A stretch of 64,000 nt of DNA from Bugula neritina (Eukaryota > Animalia > Bryozoa). The stretch lies in assembly GCA_964035545.1 (NCBI GenBank), contig OZ037765.1:15324698-15388697 (forward strand), in the 5' to 3' direction. Shown here one piece after another: positions 47,121 through 63,000 of this stretch. The notes under the pieces are model-generated. The model searched no databases, was not told where the DNA came from, and saw nothing but the letters and a program-made list of their open reading frames with translations. A program made the position numbers and the translations under genes. Positions within the stretch are counted from its first letter, which is position 1. Each line of letters starts with the position of its first letter.

Positions 47121-50100
47121 GAAAGACACTGTGACATACTGAAATACACTGCAACATCCTGCTACATACTGAAATACACTGGAACATATTGAAATACCTT
47201 ACAACACATTGAATTATACTGCAACACACTGAAACATACAGCAACATACTGAAATACACTGCAACACATTGAGATATACTGCAACATAGTTAAATATAAT
47301 GCAAGATCTTGCAACATACTGAAATACACTGTGACATACTGAAATACACTGCAACATACTGCAACATACTGAAATACACTGCAACACATTGTAATAAAAC
47401 ACAACATACCTTAATATACAGTAATATACTGAAATATACTGTAACGCATTGAAAAACATTGCAACATACTGAAGCATGCTGTAGCACACTGAAATACACT
47501 GCAACACACTGAAACATACTGCAACATACTGAAATATACTGCAACATATCGAAGTATATTGTAAAATACGGACATGTACTGTAACATACTGAAACATACT
47601 GAAGCATACTGAAACATACTGAAACATACTGAAACATACTGAAATATACTTCAACATACTGAGATGTACTGCAACATACTGCAACATACTGAAATACACT
47701 GCAACATACTGAAATATAATGCAAGATACTGCAACATACAGAAATACACTGTGACATACTGAGATACACTGCAACATACTGCAACATACTGAAAGACACT
47801 GTAACATATTGAAATACACTGCAACACATTGAAATATACTGCAAACAATGAAACATACGGCAACATAATGAAATATAGTGCGACACATTGAAATATACTG
47901 CAACATACTGAAACATGCTGTAGCATACTGAAATACACTGCAACACATTGAAGTATACTGTAATATACAGCAATGTACTGTAACATACTGAAACATACGT
48001 CAACATACTGAAATGTACTGCAACATGCTGAACTATACTGCAACATACTGAAATACACTGTAATATACTGAATTAAACTGCAACACACTGCAACATACTG
48101 AAATAAGCTGTAGCATACTGAAATACATTGCAGCACATTGAAGCGTACTGGAATATGCAGAAAACTACTGCAACATACTGAAATATACCGCAACAAACCG
48201 AAATTTATGGTATCCTGAAATATGTTGCAAACTAGTAAAATATACTGCAACATACCGAAAAATACTGCAACTGTGCAATATAATGAAATATACTCCAAAA
48301 ACTCTGAAATATACTGCAACAATTTAAAAGTTACTGTATGATACTAAAATATACTGAAACACACTGAAACATACTGCAAGATACTGCAACAAACTGAAAT
48401 ACACTGTAACATACTGAAATACACTGCAACATACTGCAACATACTGCAACATACTGAATTACAGTGAAACATATTGAAATACACTGCATTACATTGAAAT
48501 TTACTGCAACACACTGAAACATACTGCAACATACTGAAATATACTGCAACATATCGAAGAATATTGTAAAATACGGACATGTACTGTAACATAATGAAAC
48601 ATACTGAAGCACACTGAAACATACTGAAACATACTGAAACATACTGAAATATACTTCAACATACTGAGATGTACTGTAACATACTGCAACATACTGAAAT
48701 ACACTGTAACATACTGAAATACACTGCAACACATTGAAACAGACTGCAACATAGCTAAATATAGTGTAATATACTGAAATATACTGTAACACATTGAAAA
48801 ACACTGCAAGTTACTGAAATATGCTGTAGCACACTGAAATACACTGCAACATACTGAAATACACTGTAAAATACTGAAATACACAGCAACATACTGCAAC
48901 ATACTGAAATACACTGTAACATACTGAAATACACTGCAACATACTACAACATACTGAAATACACTGTAACATTATGAATTACACTGCAACACATTGAAAA
49001 ATACTGCAACATACCGAAATATGTAGTAAACTACTGAAATATACTGTAACACACTGAAATATACTTTAAAATACTAACATACACTGTAACATATTGAAAT
49101 ACACTGTAACATACTGAAATACACTGTAATATACTGAATTAAACTGCAACATACTGAAATAAGCTGTAGATTACTGAAATACATTGCAGCACACTGAAGC
49201 GTACTGTAATATGCAGAAACATACTGCAACATACTGAAATATACCGCAACAAACCGAAATTTCTGGTATACTGAAATATGTTGCAAACTAGTAAAATATA
49301 CTGCAACATACCGAAAAAGACTGCAACTGTGCAAAATAATGAAATACACTGCAAAAATACTGGAATATACTGCAACAATTTAAAATTTACTGTATGATAC
49401 TGAAATATACTGAAAGACACTGAAACATACTGCAAGATACTGCAACATACTGAAATACACTGTAACATACTGAAATACACTGCAACATACTGCAACATAC
49501 TGCAACATACTGAATTACACTGTAACATATTGAAATACACTGCAATACATTGAAATTTACTGCAACACACTGAAACATACTGCAACATACTGAAATATAC
49601 TGCAACATATCAAAGTATATTGTAATATACGAACATGTACTGTAACATACTGAACCATACTGAAATATACTTCAACATTCTGAAAGGCACTGTAACATAC
49701 TGAAATACACTGCAACACATTGAAATATACTGGAACATACCGAAACATACTGTAACACACTGAAATATACTGTCACATAATGAAATACACTGTAAAATAC
49801 TGAAATATACTGCAACATACTGCAACATACTGAAATACACTGTAACCTACTGATATACACTGCAATATACTACAACATACTGAAGTACACTGTAACATAT
49901 TGAAATACGCTGCAACACATCGAAATATACTGCAACATACCGAAATACATGGTAAACTGCTGAAATATACTGTAACACATTGAAAAATACTGCAACATAC
50001 TGAAATATACTGTAACACACTGAAATGTACTGCAACATACTGAAATACACTGTAACATACTGAAATATACTGCAACATACTGAAATATACTGTAACATAC

Positions 50101-50149
50101 TGAAATATACTGCAACATACTGGAATACACTGTAACATACTGAAATACA

Positions 50150-53100
50150 CTGCAACATACTGCAACATACTGAAATACACTGGAACATATTGAAATACAC
50201 TACAACACAATGAAATATACTGCAACACACTGAAACATACTGACACATACTGAAATATACTGCAACATATCGAAGTATATTGTAAAATACGGACATGTAC
50301 TGTAACATACTGAAACATACTGAAGCATACTGAAACATACTGATACATACTGAAGCATACTGAAATATACTTCAACATACTGAGATGTACTGCAACATAC
50401 TGCAACATACTGAAATACACTGTAACATACTGAAATACACTGTAAAATACTGAAATACACAGCAACATACTGCAACATACTGCAACATACTGAAATACAC
50501 TGCAACACATTGAAATAAACCGCAACATACCTAAGTATACGGTAATATACTGAAATATAATGTAACACATTGAAAAACATTGCAACATACTGAAACATGC
50601 AGTAGCACACTGAAATACACTGCAACATACTGAAATATAATGCAAGATACTGCAACATACAGAAATACACTGTGACATACTGAGATACACTGCAACATAC
50701 TGCAACATACTGAAAGACACTGTAACATACTGAAATACAGTGCACCACATTGAAACAAACAGCAACATACCTAAATATACGGTAATATACTGAAATATAC
50801 TGCAACACATTGAAAAACACTGCAAGATACTGAAATATGCTGTAGCACACTGAAATACACTGCAACATACTGAAATACACTGTAAACTACTGAAATACAC
50901 AGCAACATACTGCAACATACTGAAACACACTGTAACCTACTGAAATACACTGCAACATACTACAACATACTGAAATACACTGTAACATTATGAATTACAC
51001 TGCAACGCATTGAAAAATACTGCAACATACCGAAATATGTAGTAAACTACTGAAATATACTGTAACACATTGAAAAAAAACTGCAACATACTGAAATATA
51101 CTGTAACGCACTGAAATATACTTGAAGATACTGAAATACACTGTAACATATTGAAATACACTGTAACATACTGAAATATACTGCAACACACTGCAACATA
51201 CTGAAATACACTGCAACATACTACAACATATTGGAATACACTGCAACACATTGAAATATACTGCAACACACTGAAACATACGGCAACATATTGAAATATA
51301 CTGCAACACATTGAAATATACCGCAACATACTGAACTATGCTGTAGCACACTGAAATACACTGCAACTCACTGAAATATGGTGTAATATACAGAAATGTA
51401 CTGTAGAATATTGAAATATACTGTAACATACTGAAATATATTGCAACATACTGCAACATACTGAAATACACTGTAAGATACTGAAATACACTGCAACATA
51501 CTGAAATACTTTGAAATACACTGGAACATATTGAAATACTTTACAACACATTGAAATATACTGCAACACACTGAAACATACAGCAACATACTGAAATATA
51601 CTGCGACACATTGAGATTTACTGCAACATAGTTAAATATAATGCAAGATACTGCAACATACTGAAATACACCGTGACATACTGAAATACACTGCAACATA
51701 CTGCAACATACTGCAACATACTGAAATACACTGCAACACATTGAAATAAAACCGCAACATACCTAAGTATACGGTAATATACTGAAATATAATGTAACAC
51801 ATTGAAAAACATTGCAACATACTGAAACATGCTGTAGCACACTGAAATACACTGCAACATACAGAAATACACTGTGACATACTGAGACACACTGCAACAT
51901 AGTGCAACATACTGCAAAATACTGAAAGACACGGTAACATAATGAAATACACTGCAACACATTGAACTATACTGCAACACATTGAAATATACTGCAACAT
52001 ACTGAAATACACTGGAACATACTGAAATATACTGCAACATACTGCAACATACTGAAATACACTGTAACATACTGAAATACACTGCAACATACTGCAACAT
52101 ACTGAAATACACTGGAACATATTGAAATACACTACAACACAATGAAATATACTGCAACACACTGAAACATACTGACACATACTGAAATATACTGCAACAT
52201 ATCGAAGTATATTGTAAAATACGGACATGTACTGTAACATACTGAAACATACTGAAGCATACTGAAACATACTGATATATACTGAAACATACTGAAATAT
52301 ACTTCAACATACTGAGATGTAGTGCAACATACTGCAACATAATGAAATGCACTGTAACATACTGAAATACAGTGCACCACATTGAAACAAACAGCAACAT
52401 ACCTAAATATACGGTAACATACTGAAATATACTGCAACACATTGAAAAACACTGCAATATACTGAAATATGCTGTAGCACACTGAAATACACTGCAACAT
52501 ACTGAAATACACTGTAAAATACTGAAATACACAGCAACATACTGCAACATACTAAAACACACTGTAACCTACTGAAATACACTGCAACATACTACAACAT
52601 ACTGAAATACACTGTAACATTATGAATTACACTGCAACGCATTGAAAAATACTGCAACATACCGAAATATGTAGTAAACTACTGAAATATACTGTAACAC
52701 ATTGAAAAAAACTGCAACATACTGAAATATACTGTAACGCACTGAAATGTACTTGAAGATACTGAAATACACTGTAACATATTGAAATACACTGTAACAT
52801 ACTGAAATATACTGCAACACACTGCAACATACTGAAATACACTGCAACATACTACAACATATTGGAATACACTGCAACACATTGAAATATACTGCAACAC
52901 ACTGAAACATACGGCAACATATTGAAATATACTGCAACACATTGAAATATACCGCAACATACTGAACTATGCTGTAGCACACTGAAATACACTGCAACTC
53001 ACTGAAATATGGTGTAATATACAGAAATGTACTGTAGAATATTGAAATATACTGTAACATACTGAAATATATTGCAACATACTGCAACATACTGAAATAC

Positions 53101-56100
53101 ACTGTAAGATACTGAAATACACTGCAACATACTGAAATACTTTGAAATACACTGGAACATATTGAAATACTTTACAACACATTGAAATATACTGCAACAC
53201 ACTGAAACATACAGCAACATACTGAAATATACTGCGACACATTGAGATTTACTGCAACATAGTTAAATATAATGCAAGATACTGCAACATACTGAAATAC
53301 ACCGTGACATACTGAAATACACTGCAACATACTGCAACATACTGAAATACACTGCAACACATTGAAATAAAACCGCAACATACCTAAGTATACGGTAATA
53401 TACTGAAATATAATGTAACACATTGAAAAACATTGCAACATACTGAAACATGCTGTAGCACACTGAAATACACTGCAACATACAGAAATACACTGTGACA
53501 TACTGAGACACACTGCAACATAGTGCAACATACTGCAACATACTGAAAGACACGGTAACATAATGAAATACACTGCAACACATTGAACTATACTGCAACA
53601 CATTGAAATATACTGCAACATACTGAAACTTGCTGTAGCATACTGAAATACACTGCAACACATTGAAGTATACTGTAATATACAGAAATGTACTGTAACA
53701 TGCTGAACTATACTGCAACATACTGAAATACACTGTAACATACTCAATTACACTGCAACGAACTGCAACATACTGAAATACGCTTTAACATATTGAAATA
53801 CGCTCCAACACATTAAAAGATACTGCAACATACTGAAACATACGTCAACATACTGAAATATACTGCAACGCATTGAAATATACTGCAACATACTGCAACA
53901 TACTGAAATACACTGTAACCTACTGATATACACTGCAATATACTACAACATACTGAAATACACTGTAACATATTGAAATACGCTGCAACACATCGAAATA
54001 TACTGCAACATACCGAAATACATGGTAAACTGCTGAAATATACTGTAACACATTGAAAAATACTGCAACATACTGAAATATACTGTAACACACTGAAATA
54101 TACTGCAACATACTGAAATACACTGTAACATACTGAAATATACTGCAACATACTGAAATATACTGTAACATACTGAAACATACTGCAACATACTGAAACA
54201 CACTGTAACATACTGAAATATACTGCAACATACTGCAACATACTGAAATACACTGTAACATACTGAAATACACTGCAACCTACTGCAAAATACTGAAATA
54301 CACTGGAACATATTGAAATACACTACAACACAATGAAATATACTGCAACACACTGAAACATACTGACACATACTGAAATACACTGCAACATACTACAACA
54401 TACTGAAATACACTGTAACATTATGAATTACACTGCAACGCATTGAAAAATACTGCAACATACCGAAATATGTAGTAAACTACTGAAATATACTGTAACA
54501 CATTGAAAAAAAACTGCAACATACTGAAATATACTGTAACGCACTGAAATATACTGCAACATACTGAAATACACTGTAACATACTGAAATATACTGCAAC
54601 ATACTGAAATACACTGGAACATACTGAAATATACTGCAACATACTGCAACATACTGAAATACACTGTAACATACTGAAATACACTGCAACATACTGCAAC
54701 ATACTGAAATACACTGCAACATACTACAACATATTGAAATACACTGCAACACATTGAAATATACTGCAACACACTGAAACATACGGCAACATATTGAAAT
54801 ATACTGCAACACATTGAAATATACCGCAACATACTGAACTATGCTGTAGCACACTGAAATACACTGCAACTCACTGAAATATGGTGTAATATACAGAAAT
54901 GTCCTGTAGAATACTGAAATATACTGTAACATACTGAAATATACTGCAACATACTGCAACATACTGAAACACACTGTAAAATACTGAAATACACTGCAAC
55001 ATACTGAAATACTTTGAAATACACTGGAACATATTGCCATACTTTACAACACATTGAAATATACTGCAACACACTGAAACATACAGCAACATACTGAAAT
55101 ATACTGCGACACATTGAGATTTACTGCAACATAGTTAAATATAATGCAAGATACTGCAACATACTGAAATACACTGTGACATACTGAAATACACTGCAAC
55201 ATACTGCAACATACTGCAACATACTGAAATACACTGTAACATACTGAAATATACTGCAACATACTGCAACATACTGAAATACACTGGAACATATTGAAAT
55301 ACACTACAACACAATGAAATATACTGCAACACACTGAAACACACTGACACATACTGAAATATCCTGCAACATATCGAAGTATATTGTAAAATACGGACAT
55401 GTACTGTAACATACTGAAACATACTGAAGCATACTGAAACATACTGATACATACTGAAACATACTGAAATATACTTCAACATACTGAGATGTACTGCAAC
55501 ATACTGCAACATACTGAAATACACTGTAACATACTGAAATACAGTGCACCACATTGAAACAAACAGCAACATACCTAAATATACGGTAATATACTGAAAT
55601 ATACTGCAACACATTGAAAAACACTGCAAGATACTGAAATATGCTGTAACACACTGAAATACACTGCAACATACTGAAATAAACTGTAAACTACTGAAAT
55701 ACACAGCAACATACTGCAACATACTGAAACACACTGTAACCTACTGAAATACACTGCAACATACTACAACATACTGAAATACACTGTAACATTATGAATT
55801 ACACTGCAACGCATTGAAAAATACTGCAACATACCGAAATATGTAGTAAACTACTGAAATATACTGTAACACATTGAAAATAAACTGCAACATACTGAAA
55901 TACACTGTAACGCACTGAAATATACTTGAAGATACTGAAATACACTGTAACATATTGAAATACACTGTAACATACTGAAATATACTGCAACACACTGCAA
56001 CATACTGAAATACACTGCAACATACTACAACATATTGGAATACACTGCAACACATTGAAATATACTGCAACACACTGAAACATACGGCAACATATTGAAA

Positions 56101-59100
56101 TATACTGCAACACATTGAAATATACCGCAACATACTGAACTATGCTGTAGCACACTGAAATACACTGCAACTCACTGAAATATGGTGTAATATACAGAAA
56201 TGTACTGTAGAATATTGAAATATACTGTAACATACTGAAATATATTGCAACATACTGCAACATACTGAAATACACTGTAAGATACTGAAATACACTGCAA
56301 CATACTGAAATACTTTGAAATACACTGGAACATATTGAAATACTTTACAACACATTGAAATATACTGCAACACACTGAAACATACAGCAACATACTGAAA
56401 TATACTGCGACACATTGAGATTTACTGCAACATAGTTAAATATAATGCAAGATACTGCAACATACTGAAATACACCATGACATACTGAAATACACTGCAA
56501 CATACTGCAACATACTGCAACATACTGAAATACACTGCAACACATTGAAATAAAACCGCAACATACCTAAGTATACGGTAATATACTGAAATATAATGTA
56601 ACACATTGAAAAACATTGCAACATACTGAAACATGCTGTAGCACACTGAAATACACTGCAACATACAGAAATACACTGTGACATACTGAGACACACTGCA
56701 ACATAGTGCAACATACTGCAACATACTGAAAGACACGGTAACATAATGAAATACACTGCAACACATTGAACTATACTGCAAAACATTGAAATATACTGCA
56801 ACATACTGAAACTTGCTGTAGCATACTGAAATACACTGCAACACATTGAAGTATACTGTAATATACAGAAATGTACTGTAACATGCTGAACTGTACTGCA
56901 ACATACTGAAATACACTGTAACATACTCAATTACACTGCAACGAACTGCAACATACTGAAATACGCTTTAACATATTGAAATACACTCCAACACATTAAA
57001 AGATACTGCAACATACTGAAACATACGTCAACATACTGAAATATACTGCAACGCATTGAAATATACTGCAACATACTGCAACATACTGAAATACACTGTA
57101 ACCTACTGATATACACTGCAATATACTACAACATACTGAAATACACTGTAACATATTGAAATACGCTGCAACACATGGAAATATACTGCAACATACCGAA
57201 ATACATGGTAAACTGCTGAAATATACTGTAACACATTGAAAAATACTGCAACATACTGAAATATACTGTAACACACTGAAATATACTGCAACATACTGAA
57301 ATACACTGTAACATACTGAAATATACTGCAACATACTGAAATATACTGTAACATACTGAAACATACTGCAACATACTGAAACACACTGTAACATACTGAA
57401 ATATACTGCAACATACTGCAACATACTGAAATACACTGTAACATACTGAAATACACTGCAACCTACTGCAAAATACTGAAATACACTGGAACATATTGAA
57501 ATACACTACAACACAATGAAATATACTGCAACACACTGAAACATACTGACACATACTGAAATATACTGCAACATATCAAAGTATATTGTAAAATACGGAC
57601 ATGTACTGTAACATACTGAAACAAACTGAAGCATACTGAAACATACTGATACATACTGAAACATACTGAAATATACTTCAACATACTGAGAGGTACTGCA
57701 ACGTACTGCAACATACTGAAATACACTGTAACATACTGAAATACACTGCACCACATTGAAACAAACAGCAACATACCTAAATATACGGTAATATACTGAA
57801 ATATACTGTAACACATTGAAAAACACTGCAAGATACTGAAATATGCTGTAGCACACTGAAATACACTGCAACATACTGAAATACACTGTAAAATACTGAA
57901 ATACACAGCAACATACTGCAACATACTGAAACACACTGTAACCTACTGAAATACACTGCAACATACTACAACATACTGAAATACACTGTAACATTATGAA
58001 TTACACTGCAACGCATTGAAGAATACTGCAACATACCGCAATATGTAGTAAACTACTGAAATACACTGTAACACATTGAAAAAAACTGCAACATACTGAA
58101 ATATACTGTAACGCACTGAAATAAATGTGAAGATACTGAAATACACTGTAACATATTGAAATACACTGTAACATACTGAAATATACTGCAACACACTGCA
58201 ACATACTGAAATACACTGCAACATACTACAACATATTGAAATACACTGCAACACATTGAAATATGCTGCAACACACTGAAACATACGGCAACATATTGAA
58301 ATATACTGCAACACATTGAAATATACCGCAACATACTGAACTATGCTGTAGCACACTGAAATACACTGCAACTCACTGAAATATGGTGTAATATACAGAA
58401 ATGTGCTGTAGAATACTGAAATATACTGTAACATACTGAAATATACTGCAACATACTGCAACATACTGAAATACACTGTAAAATACTGAAATACGCTGCA
58501 ACATACTGAAATACTTTGAAATACACTGGAACATATTGAAATACTTTACAACACTTTGAAATATACTGCAACACACTGAAACATACAGCAACATACTGAA
58601 ATATACTGCGACACATTGGGATTTACTGCAACATAGTTAAATATAATGCAAGATACTGCAACATACTGAAATACACTGTGACATACTGAAATACACTGCA
58701 ACATACTGCAACATACTGAAATACACTGCAACACATTGAAATAAACCGCAACATACCTAAGTATACGGTAATATACTGAAATATAATGTAACACATTGAA
58801 AAACATTGCAACATACTGAAACATGCTGTAGCACACTGAAATACACTGCAACATACAGAAATACACTGTGACATACTGAGATACACTGCAACATAGTGCA
58901 ACATACTGCAACATACTGAAAGACGCGGTAACATAATGAAATACACTGCAACACATTGAACTATACTGCAACACATACAAATATACTGCAACATACTGAA
59001 ACATGCTGTAGCATACTGAAATATACTGCAACACATTGAAGTATACTGTAATATACAGAAATGTACTGTAACATACTGAAACATACGTCAACATACCGAA

Positions 59101-62100
59101 ATGTACTGCAACATGCTGAACTATACTGCAACATACTGAAATACACTGTAACATACTCAATTACACTGCAACAAACTGCAACATACTGAAATATGCTTTA
59201 ACATATTGAAATACGCTCCAACACATTAAAAGATACTGCAACATACTGAAACATACGTCAACATACTGAAATATACTGCAACGCATTGAAATATACTGCA
59301 ACATACTGAAATATGCTGTAGAATACTGAAATACACTGCAACACACTGAAGTATACTGTAATATACAGAACTGTACTGTAAAATACTGAAACATACGACA
59401 ACATACTGAAATACACCGCAACATACTGCAACATAGTGCAACATACTGAATTACACTCTAACATATTCAAATACACTGCAACATACTGAAATATACTGTA
59501 ACATACTGAAATATACTGCAACATACTGAAATACACTGGAACATACTGAAATATACTGCAACATATCGAAGTATATTGTAAAATACGGACATGTACTGTA
59601 ACATACTGAAACATACTGAAGCATACTGAAACATACTGATATATACTGCAACATGCTGAAATATACTGTAACGCACTGAAATGTACTTGAAGATACTGAA
59701 ATACACTGTAACATATTGAAATACACTGTAACATACTGAAATATACAGCAACACACTGCAACATACTGAAATACACTGCAACATACTACAACATATTGAA
59801 ATACACTGCAACACATTGAAATATACTGCAACACACTGAAACATACGGCAACATATTGAAATATACTGCAACACATTGAAATATACCGCAACATACTGAA
59901 CTATGCTGTAGCACACTGAAATACACTGCAACTCACTGAAATATGGTGTAATATACAGAAATGTACTGTAGAATACTGAAATATACTGTAACATACTGAA
60001 ATATACTGCAACATACTGCAACATACTGAAACACACTGTAAAATACTGAAATACACTGCAACATACTGAAATACTTTGAAATACATTGGAACATATTGAA
60101 ATACCTTACAACACATTGAAATATACTGCAACACACTGAAACATACAGCAACATACTGAAATATACTGCGACACATTGAGATTTACTGCAACATAGCTAA
60201 ATATAATGCAAGATACTGCGACATACTGAAATACACTGTGACATACTGAAATACACTGCAACATACTGCAACATACTGCAACATACTGAAATACACTGTA
60301 ACATACTGAAATATACTGCAACATACTGCAACATACTGAAATACACTGGAACATATTGAAATACACTACAACACAATGAATTATACTGCAACACACTGAA
60401 ACCTACTGACACATACTGAAATATACTGCAACATATCGAAGTATATTGTAAAATACGGACATGTACTGTAACATACTGAAACATGCTGAAGCATACTGAA
60501 ACATACTGATATATACTGAAACATACTGAAATATACTTCAACATACTGAGATGTACTGCAACATACTGCAACATACTGAAATACACTGTAACATACTGAA
60601 ATACAGTGCACCACATTGAAACAAACAGCAACATACCTAAATATACGGTAATATACTGAAATATACTGCAACACATTCAAAAACACTGCAAGATACTGAA
60701 ATATGCTGTAGCACACTGAAATACACTGCAACATACTGAAATACACTGTAAACTACTGAAATACACTGTAACATATTGAAATACGCTGCAACACATCAAA
60801 ATATACTGCAAGATACCGAAATACATGGTAAACTGCTGAAATGTACTGTAACACATTGAAAAATACTGCAACATACTGAAATATACTGTAACACACTGAA
60901 ATATACTGCAACATACTGAAATACACTGTAACATACTGAAATATACTGCAACATACTGAAATATACTGTAACATACTGAAATATACTGCAACATACTGAA
61001 ATACACTGTAACATACTGAAATATACTGCAACATACTGCAACATACTGAAATACGCTGTAACATACTGAAATACACTGGAACATATTGAAATACACTACA
61101 ACAGAATGAAATATACTGCAACCCACTGAAACATACTGACACATACTGAAATATACTGCAACATATCGAAGTATATTGTAAAATACGGACATGTACTGTA
61201 ACATACTGAAACATACTGAAGCATACTGAAACATACTGATATATACTGTAACATACTGAAGTATACTGCAACATACTGAAATATACTGCAACATACTGAA
61301 ATACACTGTAAAATACTGAAATACACAGCAACATACTGCAACATACTGAAATACACTGTAACCTACTGAAATACACTGCAACATACTACAACGTACTGAA
61401 ATACACAGTAACATTATGAATTACACTGCAACACATTGAAAAATACTGCAACATACCGAAATATGTAGTAAACTACTGAAATATACTGTAACACATTGAA
61501 AAAAACTGCAACATACTGAAATATACTGTAACGCACTGAAATATACTTGAAAATACTGAAATACACTGTAACATATTGAAATACACTGTAACATACTGAA
61601 ATATACTGCAACACACTGCAACATACTGAAATACACTGTAACATACTGAAATACACTGCAACATACTACAACATATTGAAATACACTATAACATACTGAA
61701 ATATACTGCAACACACTGCAACATACTGAAATACACTGTACCATACTGAAATACACTGCAACATACTACAACATATTGAAATACACTGCAACACATTGAA
61801 ATATACTGCAACACACTGAAATATGGTGTAATATACAGAAATGTACTGTAGAATGCTGAAATATACTGTAACATACTGAAATATACTGCAACATACTGAA
61901 ACATACTGAAATACACTGTAACATACTGAAATACACTGCAACATACTGAAATACTTTGAAATACACTGGAACATATTGAAATACCTTACAACACATTGAA
62001 ATATACTGCAACACACTGAAACATACAGCAACATACTGAAATATACTGCGACACATTAAGATATACTGCAACATAGTTAAATATAATGCAAGATACTGCA

Positions 62101-63000
62101 ACATACTGAAATACACTGTGACATGCTGAAATACGCTGCAACATACTGCAACATACTGCAACATACTGAAAGACACTGTAACCTACTGAAATACACTGCA
62201 ACACACTACAACATACTGAAATACACTGTAACATTATGAATTACACTGCAACACATTGAAATATACTGCAACATACCGAAATATATGGTAAACAACTGAA
62301 ATATACTGCAAAAATACTGAAATATACTGTAACATACTGAAAGAAACTGCAACATACTGAAATACACTGTAACATACTGAAATACACTGTAACATACTGA
62401 AATACACTGCAACATACTACAACATATTGAAATACACTGCAAAACCTTGAAATGTACCGCAACATACTGAAATATGCTGTAGCACACTGAAATACGCTGC
62501 AACTCACTAAAATATGAAGTAATATAGAGAATTGTACTGTAAAATACTGAAATATACTGTAACATACTGAAATATACTGCAACATACTGCAACATACTGA
62601 AATACACTGTAACATACTGAAATACACTGCAACATACTGAAAAACTTTGAAATACACTGGAACATATTGAAATACCTTACAACACATTGAAATATACTGC
62701 AACACACTGAAACATACAGTAACATACTGAAGTATACTGCGACACATTGAGATATACTGCAACATAGTTAAATATAATGCAAGATACTGCAACATACTGA
62801 AATACACTGTGACATACTGAAATACACTGCAACATACTGCAACATACTGCAACATACTGAAATACACTGCAACACATTGAAATAAACCGCAACATACCTA
62901 AGTATACGGTAATATACTGAAATATAATGTAACACATTGAAAAACATTGCAACATACTGAAACATGCTGTAGCACACTGAAATACAGTGCAACATACTGA
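50150..63000. repeat. Domain of variable-length higher-order units (about 1.3-2.2 kb)
   Basis: The same module recurs at ORF-track positions 51336, 52967, 54839, 56140, 58341 and 59901 (spacings 1631, 1872, 1301, 2201, 1560). A block at about 52540-54380 repeats about 3.18 kb downstream. Confidence 0.82.
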